A stretch of 24,000 nt of DNA, from assembly GCF_018986815.1 (NCBI RefSeq), contig NZ_CP076706.1; one strand, 5' to 3'. Position 1 is the first letter of the stretch. The number at the start of each line of letters is the position of its first letter. Source of the DNA: Escherichia coli O170:H18 (lineage in GTDB: Bacteria > Pseudomonadota > Gammaproteobacteria > Enterobacterales > Enterobacteriaceae). Positions 7,901 to 17,185 of the stretch are shown piece by piece. The notes beneath the pieces are model-generated. The model searched no databases. It saw only the letters and a program-made list of their open reading frames with translations, and was not told the origin of the DNA. Both the position numbers and the translations under genes were made by a program.

Positions 7901-9739
7901 CTGTGGGATGCGACCGCCAATAACGGCGAAGGTGCTTACAGCGCCAGTCATGACGGCAAGGCCAGCAATATCACAAACGTTGCTGATGGTAACATTGGTG
8001 AAGATAGCACCGACGCTATCAACGGTTCTCAGTTGAATGCAACCAACATGATGATCCAGCAGAACAGCGAAATCATCAATCAGCTTGCCGGTGACACCAG
8101 TAAAAACTACATCGGAGATAACGGTGCAGGTATTAACTATGTACGTACCAACGACAGCGGCTTAGCGTTCAACGATGCCAGCGCAGCAGGTATTGGCTCT
8201 ACCGCTGTGGGGTATAACACTGTTGCCAAAGGCGATAGCAGCGTGGCCATCGGTCAGAACAGCTACAGCAAAGTTGAGACGAGTATTGCGCTGGGTAGCG
8301 AATCCGTCTCCAGCCGTGTGATTGTTAAAGGTTCTCGTAACACCAGCGTATCAGAAGAAGGAGTTGTGATTGGTTATGACACCACGGATGGCGAACTGCT
8401 TGGCGCGTTGTCAATTGGTGATGATGGTAAATATCGTCAAATCATCAACGTCGCGGATGGTTCTGAAGCCCATGACGCTGTTACGGTTCGCCAGTTGCAG
8501 AACGCCATTGGTGCAGTCGCAACCACACCAACCAAATACTATCACGCCAACTCAACGGCTGAAGACTCACTGGCAGTCGGTGAAGACTCGCTGGCAATGG
8601 GCGCGAAAACCATCGTTAATGGTAATGCGGGTATTGGTATCGGCCTGAACACGCTGGTTCTGGCTGATGCGATCAACGGTATTGCTATCGGTTCTAACGC
8701 ACGCGCAAATCATGCCGACAGCATTGCAATGGGTAATGGTTCTCAGACTACCCGTGGTGCGCAGACCAACTACACTGCCTACAACATGGATGCACCGCAG
8801 AACTCTGTGGGTGAATTCTCCGTAGGTAGCGAAGACGGTCAACGTCAGATCACCAACGTCGCAGCAGGTTCGGCGGATACCGATGCGGTTAACGTGGGTC
8901 AGTTGAAAGTAACGGACGCGCAGGTTTCCCAGAATACCCAGAGCATTACTAACCTGAACACTCAGGTCACTAATCTGGATACTCGCGTGACCAATATCGA
9001 AAATGGCATTGGCGATATTGTAACCACCGGTAGCACTAAGTACTTCAAGACCAACACCGATGGCGCAGACGCCAACGCGCAGGGTAAAGACAGTGTTGCG
9101 ATTGGTTCTGGCTCCATTGCTGCCGCTGATAACAGCGTCGCGCTGGGTACCGGTTCCGTGGCCAACGAAGAAAACACCATCTCTGTGGGTTCTTCTACCA
9201 ACCAGCGTCGTATCACCAACGTTGCTGCCGGTGTTAATGCCACCGATGCGGTTAACGTTTCGCAACTGAAGTCTTCTGAAGCAGGCGGCGTTCGCTACGA
9301 CACCAAAGCTGATGGCTCTATCGACTACAGCAACATCACTCTCGGTGGTGGTAACGGCGGTACGACTCGCATCAGCAACGTTTCCGCTGGCGTGAATAAC
9401 AACGACGCGGTGAACTATGCGCAGTTGAAGCAAAGTGTGCAGGAAACGAAGCAATACACCGATCAGCGCATGGTTGAGATGGATAACAAACTGTCCAAAA
9501 CTGAAAGCAAGCTGAGTGGTGGTATCGCTTCTGCAATGGCAATGACCGGTCTGCCGCAGGCTTACACGCCGGGTGCCAGCATGGCGTCTATTGGTGGCGG
9601 TACTTACAACGGTGAATCGGCTGTTGCTTTAGGTGTGTCGATGGTGAGCGCCAATGGTCGTTGGGTCTACAAATTACAAGGTAGTACCAATAGCCAGGGT
9701 GAATACTCCGCCGCGCTCGGTGCCGGTATTCAGTGGTAA
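4838..9739 (+). CDS. upaG: Trimeric autotransporter adhesin of the SadA/UpaG/EhaG family (1633 aa)
   Basis: The protein has an extended signal peptide ([21 protein letters not shown]...), YadA-like head repeats (SxAxG 14-mers) and many neck motifs ([30 protein letters not shown]). It also has DALLW-type motifs and a C-terminal YadA-type anchor ending ...[12 protein letters not shown]. It occupies the yibL-lldP position reported for upaG/ehaG. Confidence 0.92.
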   Translation: MNKIFKVIWNPATGSYTVASETAKSRGKKSGRSKLLISALVAGGLLSSFGASADNYTGQPTDYGDGSAGDGWVAIGKGAKANTFMNTSGASTALGYDAIAEGEYSSAIGSKTLATGGASMAFGVSAKAMGDRSVALGASSVANGDRSMAFGRYAKTNGFTSLAIGDSSLADGEKTIALGNTAKAYEIMSIALGDNANASKEYAMALGASSKAGGADSLAFGRKSTANSTGSLAIGADSSSSNDNAIAIGNKTQALGVNSMALGNASQASGESSIALGNTSEASEQNAIALGQGSIASKVNSIALGSNSLSSGENAIALGEGSAAGGSNSLAFGSQSRANGNDSVALGVGAAAATDNSVAIGAGSTTDASNTVSVGNSATKRKIVNMAAGAISNTSTDAINGSQLYTISDSVAKRLGGGATVGSDGTVTAVSYALRSGTYNNVGDALSGIDNNTLQWNKTAGAFSANHGANATNKITNVAKGTVSATSTDVVNGSQLYDLQQDALLWNGTAFSAAHGTEATSKITNVTAGNLTAGSTDAVNGSQLKTTNDNVTTNTTNIATNTTNITNLTDAVNGLGDDSLLWNKAAGAFSAAHGTEATSKITNVTAGNLTAGSTDAVNGSQLKTTNDNVTTNTTNIATNTTNITNLTDAVNGLGDDSLLWNKTAGAFSAAHGTDATSKITNVKAGDLTAGSTDAVNGSQLKTTNDNVSTNTTNITNLTDSVGDLKDDSLLWNKAAGAFSAAHGTEATSKITNLLAGTVSSDSTDAINGSQLYGVADSFTSYLGGGADISDTGVLSGPTYTIGGTDYTNVGDALAAINTSFSTSLGDALLWDATAGKFSAKHGINNAPSVITDVANGAVSSTSSDAINGSQLYGVSDYIADALGGNAVVNTDGSITTPTYAIAGGSYDNVGDALEAIDTTLDDALLWDTTANGGNGAFSAAHGKDKTASVITNVANGAVSATSSDAINGSQLYSTNKYIADALGGDAEVNADGTITAPTYTIANTDYNNVGEALDALDNNALLWDATANNGEGAYSASHDGKASNITNVADGNIGEDSTDAINGSQLNATNMMIQQNSEIINQLAGDTSKNYIGDNGAGINYVRTNDSGLAFNDASAAGIGSTAVGYNTVAKGDSSVAIGQNSYSKVETSIALGSESVSSRVIVKGSRNTSVSEEGVVIGYDTTDGELLGALSIGDDGKYRQIINVADGSEAHDAVTVRQLQNAIGAVATTPTKYYHANSTAEDSLAVGEDSLAMGAKTIVNGNAGIGIGLNTLVLADAINGIAIGSNARANHADSIAMGNGSQTTRGAQTNYTAYNMDAPQNSVGEFSVGSEDGQRQITNVAAGSADTDAVNVGQLKVTDAQVSQNTQSITNLNTQVTNLDTRVTNIENGIGDIVTTGSTKYFKTNTDGADANAQGKDSVAIGSGSIAAADNSVALGTGSVANEENTISVGSSTNQRRITNVAAGVNATDAVNVSQLKSSEAGGVRYDTKADGSIDYSNITLGGGNGGTTRISNVSAGVNNNDAVNYAQLKQSVQETKQYTDQRMVEMDNKLSKTESKLSGGIASAMAMTGLPQAYTPGASMASIGGGTYNGESAVALGVSMVSANGRWVYKLQGSTNSQGEYSAALGAGIQW
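5051..6052 (+). other. N-terminal YadA-like head (roughly twenty degenerate 14-residue beta-roll repeats) ending in the first neck
   Basis: The pattern (S/N)xA(L/I/F)Gxx(A/S)xAxGxx recurs from about residue 72 to 375. It is followed by [35 protein letters not shown]. Confidence 0.8.
6341..7095 (+). repeat. In-frame tandem repeat in the adhesin stalk: units start at 6341, 6569, 6803 and 7016, with periods of 228, 234 and 213 bp
   Basis: The unit is D(A/S)[74 protein letters not shown]. Segments 6381-6568 and 6615-6802 differ at only about 4 positions by my hand alignment. The third unit lacks 21 bp (NIATNTT), and the fourth diverges after about 80 bp. Confidence 0.9.
7127..8040 (+). repeat. 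Three diverged modules of about 95-100 aa (285-300 bp) in the adhesin stalk
   Basis: The neck anchor codons (S/T)DAINGSQL recur at 7127, 7427, 7727 and 8012. Each module reads ...LY..(S/A)D.....LGG.A.....G.(I/L)..PTYxI.G..Y.NVGDAL.A(I/L)......(D/N)ALLWD.TA...G.(F/Y)SA.H......ITNVA(N/D)G. An earlier copy of the same module type spans 6026-6304. Confidence 0.85.
9512..9736 (+). other. YadA-type C-terminal membrane anchor (last 75 residues, four beta strands per monomer)
   Basis: The sequence [75 protein letters not shown] has alternating hydrophobic strands and a terminal aromatic residue (W). It is preceded by a coiled coil ([21 protein letters not shown]). Confidence 0.85.
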
Positions 9740-9770
9740 TCATCCATTAACGAATGGGTAAACGCCACAT

Positions 9771-9856
9771 TGCCTGATGCGCTACGCTTATCAGGCCTAC
9801 GGGGTGATTCAGCACTACCCTGTAGGCCGGATAAGGCGTTCACGCCGCATCCGGCA
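9771..9856. repeat. REP pair (BIME) immediately downstream of the adhesin gene
   Basis: The two units are 9771-9800 (tgcctgatgcgctacgcttatcaggcctac) and 9822-9856 (gtaggccggataaggcgttcacgccgcatccggca), in inverted orientation. Confidence 0.9.
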
Positions 9857-9885
9857 AGATAAGGCGCACCAGATCAACAATCTGA

Positions 9886-9919
9886 GGGCAATTCTCTGAT
9901 GGGAATTGCCCTTTTCTTT
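9886..9919 (+). terminator. Rho-independent terminator closing the lipoprotein-adhesin unit
   Basis: A 9-bp stem pairs gggcaattc (9886-9894) with gaattgccc (9903-9911) around an 8-nt loop. It is followed by ttttcttt. Confidence 0.75.
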
Positions 9920-9935
9920 ATTACCTCTCTCCCAG

Positions 9936-9952
9936 AATTGGCCCTACCAATT
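9936..9952. promoter_or_regulatory. LldR operator O1 (distal)
   Basis: AATTGGCCCTACCAATT has perfect 6-bp palindromic arms of the GntR/FadR type. As I recall, published footprints place O1 at -105 to -89 of the lldP promoter. This site and O2 are spaced consistently with that placement. Confidence 0.7.
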
Positions 9953-10006
9953 CTTCGCTTATCTGACCTCTGGTTCACAATTCCCCAATTAAAACTCACA
10001 TCAATG

Positions 10007-10034
10007 TTGCTAATGCATAACATTTAGTTAACTA
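10007..10034 (+). promoter_or_regulatory. Probable lldPRD promoter (-35 TTGCTA at 10007-10012, -10 TAACTA at 10029-10034)
   Basis: The hexamers have a 16-nt spacer. Their placement agrees with a transcription start near 10041, back-calculated from the recalled O1/O2 coordinates. I cannot verify this here. Confidence 0.4.
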
Positions 10035-10061
10035 TCCATTGTCATTATCCCTACATAACAC

Positions 10062-10078
10062 AATTGGCAGTGCCACTT
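10062..10078. promoter_or_regulatory. LldR operator O2 (proximal, in the leader)
   Basis: AATTGGCAGTGCCACTT is related to O1 and lies 126 bp downstream of it. This matches the recalled +22 to +38 position. Confidence 0.6.
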
Positions 10079-10150
10079 TTACACAACGTGTGACAAGGAG
10101 ATGAGCAACAGACTCATTACACGGCGTGTGTGGACTGCAGGAGACCTGCA

Positions 10151-11806
10151 ATGAATCTCTGGCAACAAAACTACGATCCCGCCGGGAATATCTGGCTTTC
10201 CAGCCTGATAGCATCGCTTCCCATCCTGTTTTTCTTCTTTGCGCTGATTAAGCTCAAACTGAAAGGATACGTCGCCGCCTCATGGACGGTGGCAATCGCC
10301 CTTGCCGTGGCTTTGCTGTTCTATAAAATGCCGGTCGCTAACGCGCTGGCCTCGGTGGTTTATGGCTTCTTCTACGGGTTGTGGCCCATCGCGTGGATCA
10401 TTATTGCAGCGGTGTTCGTCTATAAGATCTCGGTGAAAACCGGGCAGTTTGACATCATTCGCTCGTCTATTCTTTCGATAACCCCTGACCAGCGCCTGCA
10501 AATGCTGATCGTCGGTTTCTGTTTCGGCGCTTTCCTTGAAGGAGCCGCAGGCTTTGGCGCACCGGTAGCAATTACCGCCGCATTGCTGGTCGGCCTGGGC
10601 TTTAAACCGCTGTACGCCGCCGGGCTGTGCCTGATTGTTAACACCGCGCCAGTGGCATTTGGTGCGATGGGTATTCCGATTCTGGTCGCCGGGCAGGTAA
10701 CAGGCATCGACAGCTTTGAGATTGGTCAGATGGTGGGGCGTCAGCTGCCGTTTATGACCATTATCGTGCTGTTCTGGATCATGGCGATTATGGACGGCTG
10801 GCGCGGTATCAAAGAAACCTGGCCTGCGGTCGTGGCTGCGGGCGGCTCATTTGCCATCGCTCAATACCTCAGCTCTAACTTTATTGGGCCGGAACTGCCA
10901 GACATTATCTCTTCGCTGGTATCGCTGCTCTGTCTGACACTGTTCCTCAAACGCTGGCAACCAGTTCGCGTATTCCGCTTCGGTGACTTAGGGGCGTCAC
11001 AGGTTGATATGACGCTGGCTCACACCGGTTACACGGCAGGTCAGGTGCTGCGCGCCTGGACACCGTTCCTGTTCCTGACCGCCACCGTAACGCTGTGGAG
11101 TATCCCGCCGTTTAAAGCCCTGTTCGCTTCAGGCGGTGCGCTGTATGAGTGGGTGATCAACATTCCGGTGCCGTACCTCGATAAACTGGTTGCCCGTATG
11201 CCGCCAGTGGTCAGCGAAGCGACAGCGTATGCCGCCGTGTTTAAGTTCGACTGGTTCTCTGCCACCGGTACCGCCATTCTGTTTGCTGCCCTGCTCTCGA
11301 TTGTCTGGCTGAAGATGAAACCATCTGACGCTATCAGCACCTTCGGCAGCACACTGAAAGAACTGGCTCTGCCTATCTACTCCATCGGCATGGTGCTGGC
11401 GTTCGCCTTTATCTCGAACTATTCCGGTTTGTCATCAACACTGGCGCTGGCACTGGCGCACACCGGTCATGCATTCACCTTCTTCTCGCCGTTCCTCGGC
11501 TGGCTTGGGGTATTCCTGACCGGGTCGGATACGTCATCTAATGCTTTGTTTGCCGCTTTGCAGGCTACCGCCGCACAACAAATTGGCGTTTCTGACCTGT
11601 TGCTGGTTGCAGCCAACACCACCGGTGGTGTCACCGGTAAGATGATCTCCCCGCAATCTATCGCTATCGCCTGTGCGGCGGTAGGCCTGGTGGGCAAAGA
11701 GTCTGATTTGTTCCGCTTTACTGTCAAACACAGCCTGATCTTCACCTGTATGGTGGGCGTGATCACCACGCTTCAGGCCTATGTCTTAACGTGGATGATT
11801 CCTTAA
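10151..11806 (+). CDS. lldP: L-lactate permease (551 aa)
   Basis: ATG at 10151 lies 8 nt after aggag (10138-10142). I recognise [40 protein letters not shown]... and the polytopic membrane profile fits. The track start at 10130 is an upstream GTG. Confidence 0.96.
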   Translation: MNLWQQNYDPAGNIWLSSLIASLPILFFFFALIKLKLKGYVAASWTVAIALAVALLFYKMPVANALASVVYGFFYGLWPIAWIIIAAVFVYKISVKTGQFDIIRSSILSITPDQRLQMLIVGFCFGAFLEGAAGFGAPVAITAALLVGLGFKPLYAAGLCLIVNTAPVAFGAMGIPILVAGQVTGIDSFEIGQMVGRQLPFMTIIVLFWIMAIMDGWRGIKETWPAVVAAGGSFAIAQYLSSNFIGPELPDIISSLVSLLCLTLFLKRWQPVRVFRFGDLGASQVDMTLAHTGYTAGQVLRAWTPFLFLTATVTLWSIPPFKALFASGGALYEWVINIPVPYLDKLVARMPPVVSEATAYAAVFKFDWFSATGTAILFAALLSIVWLKMKPSDAISTFGSTLKELALPIYSIGMVLAFAFISNYSGLSSTLALALAHTGHAFTFFSPFLGWLGVFLTGSDTSSNALFAALQATAAQQIGVSDLLLVAANTTGGVTGKMISPQSIAIACAAVGLVGKESDLFRFTVKHSLIFTCMVGVITTLQAYVLTWMIP

Positions 11807-12582
11807 TGATTGTTTTACCCAGACGCCTGTCAGACGAGGTTGCCGATCGTGTGCGGGCGCTGATTGATGAAAAAAACCTGGAAGCGGGCATGAAGTTGCC
11901 CGCTGAACGTCAACTGGCGATGCAACTCGGCGTGTCGAGAAATTCACTGCGCGAGGCGCTGGCGAAACTGGTAAGCGAAGGTGTGCTGCTCAGTCGACGT
12001 GGCGGCGGGACGTTTATTCGCTGGCGTCATGACACATGGTCGGAGCAAAACATCGTCCAGCCGCTGAAAACGCTGATGGCCGATGATCCGGATTACAGTT
12101 TCGATATTCTGGAAGCCCGATACGCCATTGAAGCCAGCACCGCATGGCATGCAGCAATGCGCGCCACACCTGGCGAAAAAGAAAAGATTCAGCTTTGCTT
12201 TGAAGCAACGCTAAGTGAAGACCCGGATCTCGCCTCACAAGCGGACGTTCGTTTTCATCTGGCGATTGCCGAAGCCTCACATAACATCGTGCTGCTGCAA
12301 ACCATGCGCGGTTTCTTCGATGTCCTGCAATCCTCTGTGAAGCATAGCCGCCAGCGGATGTACCTGGTACCCCCGGTTTTTTCACAGCTGACCAAACAAC
12401 ATCAGGCGGTCATTGACGCCATTTTTGCCGGTGATGCTGACGGGGCGCGTAAAGCAATGATGGCGCACCTTAGCTTTGTTCACACCACCATGAAACGATT
12501 CGATGAAGATCAGGCTCGCCATGCACGAATTACCCGCCTGCCTGGTGACCATAATGAGCATTCGAGGGAGAAAAACGCATGA
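11806..12582 (+). CDS. lldR: GntR/FadR-family L-lactate regulator LldR (258 aa)
   Basis: The ATG overlaps the lldP TAA (taATG at 11804-11808). I recognise [52 protein letters not shown]..., which contains a winged-HTH motif. Confidence 0.95.
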   Translation: MIVLPRRLSDEVADRVRALIDEKNLEAGMKLPAERQLAMQLGVSRNSLREALAKLVSEGVLLSRRGGGTFIRWRHDTWSEQNIVQPLKTLMADDPDYSFDILEARYAIEASTAWHAAMRATPGEKEKIQLCFEATLSEDPDLASQADVRFHLAIAEASHNIVLLQTMRGFFDVLQSSVKHSRQRMYLVPPVFSQLTKQHQAVIDAIFAGDADGARKAMMAHLSFVHTTMKRFDEDQARHARITRLPGDHNEHSREKNA

Positions 12583-13769
12583 TTATTTCCGCAGCCAGCG
12601 ATTATCGCGCCGCAGCGCAACGCATTCTGCCGCCGTTCCTGTTCCACTATATGGATGGGGGGGCATATTCTGAATACACGCTGCGCCGCAACGTGGAAGA
12701 TTTGTCAGAAGTGGCGCTGCGCCAGCGTATTCTGAAAAACATGTCTGACTTAAGCCTGGAAACGACGCTGTTTAATGAGAAATTGTCGATGCCGGTGGCG
12801 CTAGGTCCGGTAGGTTTGTGTGGCATGTATGCGCGACGCGGCGAAGTTCAGGCTGCCAAAGCGGCGGATGCGCATGGCATTCCGTTTACTCTCTCGACGG
12901 TTTCCGTTTGCCCGATTGAAGAAGTCGCTCCAGCTATCAAACGTCCGATGTGGTTCCAGCTTTATGTGCTGCGCGATCGCGGCTTTATGCGTAACGCACT
13001 GGAGCGAGCAAAAGCCGCGGGTTGTTCGACGCTGGTTTTCACCGTGGATATGCCAACGCCGGGAGCGCGTTATCGTGATGCGCATTCTGGGATGAGCGGC
13101 CCGAACGCGGCAATGCGCCGCTATTTGCAGGCGGTGACGCATCCGCAATGGGCGTGGGATGTGGGCCTGAACGGTCGTCCGCATGATTTAGGTAATATCT
13201 CGGCTTACCTCGGCAAACCGACCGGACTGGAAGATTACATCGGCTGGTTGGGGAATAACTTCGATCCGTCCATCTCATGGAAAGACCTTGAGTGGATCCG
13301 CGATTTCTGGGATGGCCCGATGGTGATCAAAGGGATCCTCGATCCGGAAGATGCGCGCGATGCAGTACGTTTTGGTGCTGATGGAATTGTGGTTTCTAAC
13401 CACGGTGGCCGCCAGCTGGACGGTGTGCTGTCTTCTGCCCGTGCGCTGCCTGCTATTGCAGATGCCGTGAAAGGTGATATCGCCATTCTGGCAGATAGCG
13501 GGATTCGTAACGGGCTGGACGTTGTGCGTATGATCGCGCTCGGTGCTGATACCGTACTGCTGGGCCGCGCTTTCCTGTATGCGCTGGCAACAGCGGGCCA
13601 GGCGGGTGTAGCTAATCTGCTAAATCTGATCGAAAAAGAGATGAAAGTGGCGATGACGCTGACTGGCGCGAAATCGATTAGCGAAATTACGCAAGATTCG
13701 CTGGTGCAGGTGCTGGGTAAAGAGTTGCCGGCGGCATTGGCTCCGATGGCGAAAGGGAATGCAGCTTAA
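12579..13769 (+). CDS. lldD: FMN-dependent L-lactate dehydrogenase (396 aa)
   Basis: The start forms an ATGA overlap with the lldR stop (12579-12582). I recognise [38 protein letters not shown]..., which belongs to the alpha-hydroxyacid oxidase family. Confidence 0.97.
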   Translation: MIISAASDYRAAAQRILPPFLFHYMDGGAYSEYTLRRNVEDLSEVALRQRILKNMSDLSLETTLFNEKLSMPVALGPVGLCGMYARRGEVQAAKAADAHGIPFTLSTVSVCPIEEVAPAIKRPMWFQLYVLRDRGFMRNALERAKAAGCSTLVFTVDMPTPGARYRDAHSGMSGPNAAMRRYLQAVTHPQWAWDVGLNGRPHDLGNISAYLGKPTGLEDYIGWLGNNFDPSISWKDLEWIRDFWDGPMVIKGILDPEDARDAVRFGADGIVVSNHGGRQLDGVLSSARALPAIADAVKGDIAILADSGIRNGLDVVRMIALGADTVLLGRAFLYALATAGQAGVANLLNLIEKEMKVAMTLTGAKSISEITQDSLVQVLGKELPAALAPMAKGNAA

Positions 13770-13792
13770 GGGTTAGACGAATATCTGCTATC

Positions 13793-13815
13793 CTGCCCCC
13801 GCACTAAGGGGGCAG
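13793..13815 (+). promoter_or_regulatory. GC-rich hairpin directly upstream of the trmL start, overlapping its Shine-Dalgarno sequence
   Basis: A perfect 8-bp stem pairs ctgccccc (13793-13800) with gggggcag (13808-13815) around a 7-nt loop (gcactaa). No U tract follows, and the ATG lies at 13817. Confidence 0.5.
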
Positions 13816-13816
13816 T

Positions 13817-14290
13817 ATGCTAAACATCGTACTTTACGAACCAGAAATTCCGCCAAATACTGGCAACATCATCCGTCTTTGCGCTAATACCGGCTTTCGT
13901 CTGCATATCATCGAACCAATGGGATTTGCCTGGGACGATAAGCGCCTGCGCCGCGCGGGGCTGGACTATCACGAGTTTACCGCCGTTACGCGTCATCATG
14001 ACTATCGCGCGTTTCTCGAAGCAGAAAATCCCCAGCGCCTGTTTGCCCTCACCACGAAAGGTACGCCTGCTCACAGCGCCGTAAGCTATCAGGATGGCGA
14101 TTATCTGATGTTCGGCCCGGAAACACGCGGCCTGCCAGCGAGCATTCTTGATGCCCTGCCCGCTGAACAAAAAATTCGTATTCCAATGGTGCCGGACAGC
14201 CGCAGCATGAACCTGTCCAATGCGGTGTCGGTCGTGGTGTATGAAGCCTGGCGGCAGTTGGGGTATCCGGGAGCGGTGTTGAGAGATTAG
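13817..14290 (+). CDS. trmL: tRNA (cytidine/uridine34-2'-O)-methyltransferase, SPOUT family (157 aa)
   Basis: I recognise [54 protein letters not shown]... as YibK/TrmL, and the position after lldD fits. Confidence 0.95.
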   Translation: MLNIVLYEPEIPPNTGNIIRLCANTGFRLHIIEPMGFAWDDKRLRRAGLDYHEFTAVTRHHDYRAFLEAENPQRLFALTTKGTPAHSAVSYQDGDYLMFGPETRGLPASILDALPAEQKIRIPMVPDSRSMNLSNAVSVVVYEAWRQLGYPGAVLRD

Positions 14291-14295
14291 TTACT

Positions 14296-14329
14296 GTAGG
14301 CCGGATAGATGATTACATCGCATCCGGCA
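14296..14329. repeat. Single REP-like palindrome between convergent trmL and cysE
   Basis: gtaggccggatagatgattacatcgcatccggca has the REP arms (gccggat...atccggc) with a diverged centre. Confidence 0.7.
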
Positions 14330-14342
14330 CGATCACAGGACA

Positions 14343-15164
14343 TCAGATCCCATCACCATACTCAAACGTATGGTTAATGCCGTTGAAGTGCTGGTCCATA
14401 TCCATTGATGGCTTATCGCTGTCTGGTTTACCGACAATGCGTGCCGGAACGCCAGCGGCGGTGGTATGTGGCGGCACCGGTTGCAACACCACGGAACCTG
14501 CGCCAATCTTCGCGCCGCGCCCAACTTCAATATTGCCGAGAATTTTCGCGCCCGCGCCAATCATCACACCTTCACGAATTTTCGGGTGACGGTCGCCACC
14601 AGATTTACCCGTACCGCCAAGCGTCACAGATTGCAGAATCGATACGTCGTTTTCAATCACCGCCGTTTCACCAACGACGATGCCTGTCGCGTGGTCGAGC
14701 ATGATACCGCGACCAATTTTTGCTGCCGGGTGTATATCAACCTGGAACGTTACAGAGACCTGGTTTTGTAGAAAAATAGCCAGCGCGCGACGGCCCTGAT
14801 TCCACAACCAGTGACCGATGCGATACGCCTGCAAAGCATGAAAACCCTTCAGATATAGCAACGGGGTTGAGTATTTATCCACCGCCGGGTCACGGGTACG
14901 CACCGCCTGAATATCACAGGCCGCAGAGGCGATCATTTCCGGGTCGGCGGCGTAGGCTTCTTCCACCACTTCACGGATAGCAATAGCCGGCATAATGGGC
15001 GATGACAGCTTGTTCGCCAGCATGTAGCTCAGTGCACTGCCAAGGTTTTCGTGCTTGAGTAGCGTCGCGTGGTAAAAACTGGCCAGCATTGGCTCACAGT
15101 CCGCCAGCGTTCTGGCTTCAGCTTTAATATTGTTCCAGACAATTTCCAGTTCTTCACACGACAT
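14343..15164 (-). CDS. cysE: Serine O-acetyltransferase (273 aa)
   Basis: I recognise MSCEELEIVWNNIKAEARTLADCEPMLASFYHATLLKHENLGSALSYMLANKL... and the hexapeptide-repeat C-terminal half. Confidence 0.97.
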   Translation of the reverse strand: MSCEELEIVWNNIKAEARTLADCEPMLASFYHATLLKHENLGSALSYMLANKLSSPIMPAIAIREVVEEAYAADPEMIASAACDIQAVRTRDPAVDKYSTPLLYLKGFHALQAYRIGHWLWNQGRRALAIFLQNQVSVTFQVDIHPAAKIGRGIMLDHATGIVVGETAVIENDVSILQSVTLGGTGKSGGDRHPKIREGVMIGAGAKILGNIEVGRGAKIGAGSVVLQPVPPHTTAAGVPARIVGKPDSDKPSMDMDQHFNGINHTFEYGDGI

Positions 15165-15243
15165 TGCTTACTCCACACGATAAGATAATGACCGACCCGT
15201 TCTGCGCGGGCCGGGTCATAGTGGTAACAAAGGTTCCCTGGGT

Positions 15244-16263
15244 TTAGTGGCTGCTGCGCTCGTCCTTGCGTGCACGACCTAGTAAAGTCAATGCTGCCTC
15301 GCGCGCGTTTTTTCCGCAATATAATACTTGATAAATTTCCTCGGTTATTGGCATTTCAACGCCGAAGCGATGCGCCAGTTCGCGGACTTCTTTCGTATTG
15401 CGGTAGCCTTCCACCACTTGACCAATTTTTTCCTGCGCGCTTTGTACATCCATGCCCTGACCGAGCATCATGCCAAAACGGCGGTTACGCGACTGGTTGT
15501 CGGTACAGGTAAGCACCAGATCGCCCAGCCCCGCCATGCCCATAAAGGTGGCAGGATCGGCACCCAGCGCCGCGCCAAGACGCGACATTTCAGCCAGTCC
15601 ACGGGTGATCAGCGCCGTACGCGCATTCGCGCCAAAACCGATACCGTCGGACATCCCCGCGCCAATGGCAATGACGTTTTTCACCGCACCGCCAAGCTGC
15701 ACACCGATGAAATCCGGGTTGCTGTAAACGCGGAAACTTTTGCCACAGTGCAGCAATTGCTGGAGGTCATCGGCAAAGGTCTGGTCCGTCGAGGCCAGCG
15801 AAATGGCCGTCGGTAAACCTGCCGCCAGTTCTTTCGCAAACGTTGGGCCAGAGATAACCGCCAGCGGAATTTGATCGCCTAAGGCCTCACGCGCCACGTC
15901 CTGTAACAGACGTCCGGTTTCTGCTTCCAGCCCTTTGGTCGCCCACACCAGACGCGCATCAGGACGCATCAGCGGTTTAATCTGGCGCAGCACTTCACCA
16001 AAGACATGGCTGGGTACGACGACAAGAATATTACGGCTGGCTGCCAGCGCAGTGGCGAGATCGCTTTCAAGATGGAGCGTATCGGGAAAAGGCACATCGG
16101 GGAGAAACGCGGCATTACAGCGGTCGCGTTCAAGCGTTGCGATATGTTCAGGGTCATGGCCCCAGAGGACAACCTCGTGGCCATTTCTTGCCAGGGTGAT
16201 GGCAAGAGCGGTGCCGTACGAGCCGGCACCGATCACAGTCATTGAAGCATTACGTTGGTTCAT
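15244..16263 (-). CDS. gpsA: NAD(P)H-dependent glycerol-3-phosphate dehydrogenase (339 aa)
   Basis: I recognise [50 protein letters not shown]... The start overlaps the secB stop by 1 nt (TGATG on the minus strand, 16261-16265). Confidence 0.97.
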   Translation of the reverse strand: MNQRNASMTVIGAGSYGTALAITLARNGHEVVLWGHDPEHIATLERDRCNAAFLPDVPFPDTLHLESDLATALAASRNILVVVPSHVFGEVLRQIKPLMRPDARLVWATKGLEAETGRLLQDVAREALGDQIPLAVISGPTFAKELAAGLPTAISLASTDQTFADDLQQLLHCGKSFRVYSNPDFIGVQLGGAVKNVIAIGAGMSDGIGFGANARTALITRGLAEMSRLGAALGADPATFMGMAGLGDLVLTCTDNQSRNRRFGMMLGQGMDVQSAQEKIGQVVEGYRNTKEVRELAHRFGVEMPITEEIYQVLYCGKNAREAALTLLGRARKDERSSH

Positions 16264-16730
16264 CAGGCATCCTGATGTTCTTCAGTACCTTCGCCAGCCT
16301 GCTGCTGCAAATAGTTCATGAACAGCGCATCGAAGTTAACCGGCGCAAGGTTCAGTTGCGGGAATGTACCGCGGGATACCATGCTGGTGATGCACTCACG
16401 AGCATACGGGAACAGAATGTTCGGGCAGTATGCGCCCAGGCAATGTGCCATCTGGGTGCCTTCGATACCCGCGATGGAGAAAATACCGCCCTGCTGAACT
16501 TCACACAGGAACGCGGTTTCTTCGCCCAGGGAGGCCGTTACGGTAACACGCAGTACCACTTCGTAAACGTCATCTGCCAGTTGAGTAGATGCCGTATCCA
16601 GATCAAGTTTAACTTCTGGTTGCCAATCTTTCTGGAAAACGTGCGGCGCGTTCGGCGCTTCGAAAGAAATATCCTTGGTATAAATACGTTGGATCTGGAA
16701 AGTCATTTCGGTGTTGTTTTGTTCTGACAT
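16263..16730 (-). CDS. secB: Protein-export chaperone SecB (155 aa)
   Basis: I recognise [48 protein letters not shown]... The true start is the internal ATG at 16730, and the track ORF extends 20 codons further upstream. Confidence 0.96.
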
Positions 16731-16793
16731 GTGTAGAAAACCCTTAAGTGTTGTCCTTAAAATACTGCGCAATGTAATGCCAACGTTCACACG

Positions 16794-17045
16794 TTATTTC
16801 AGCAGGGGATCCAGTCCACCACGTGCATCCAATGCATACAAGTCATCACAGCCACCAATGTGCTGTGCGTCAATAAAAATCTGTGGAACCGTGGTGCGAC
16901 CGCTGCGTTTGATCATCTCTTCACGCTTAGCGGCATTGCCATCGATCGGCAACTCCTGAAAACTCACGCCCTTGCTGCTCAGCAGTGCTTTTGCACGATG
17001 GCAATACGGGCAGGTTTCTTTGGTATAGATTTCAACATTGGCCAT
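16794..17045 (-). CDS. grxC: Glutaredoxin 3 (83 aa)
   Basis: MANVEIYTKETCPYCHRAKALLSSKGVSFQELPIDG... carries the CPYC active site. The SD aggag lies 7 nt upstream of the start. Confidence 0.96.
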   Translation of the reverse strand: MANVEIYTKETCPYCHRAKALLSSKGVSFQELPIDGNAAKREEMIKRSGRTTVPQIFIDAQHIGGCDDLYALDARGGLDPLLK

Positions 17046-17185
17046 AAATTAGCTCCTGTTTTTTACCCTGAAATTTCATGTTGCAGGGCGGCAGCAAAAT
17101 GGAGTGTCCCCAGAAGCTTATATCAATAAGTCGCTGGGGGCCTAATTGCAGCTAACGGCCTGCATCATGAAAAACGGCAGGTAAA

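Noticed and set aside
3553-9920. Possibility that the accessory segment is a mobile element or integrative island
   Set aside because: I found no integrase, transposase, IS ends, tRNA or flanking direct repeats. The only repeats at the edge are ordinary REP units. The segment is better described as a strain-variable chromosomal locus.
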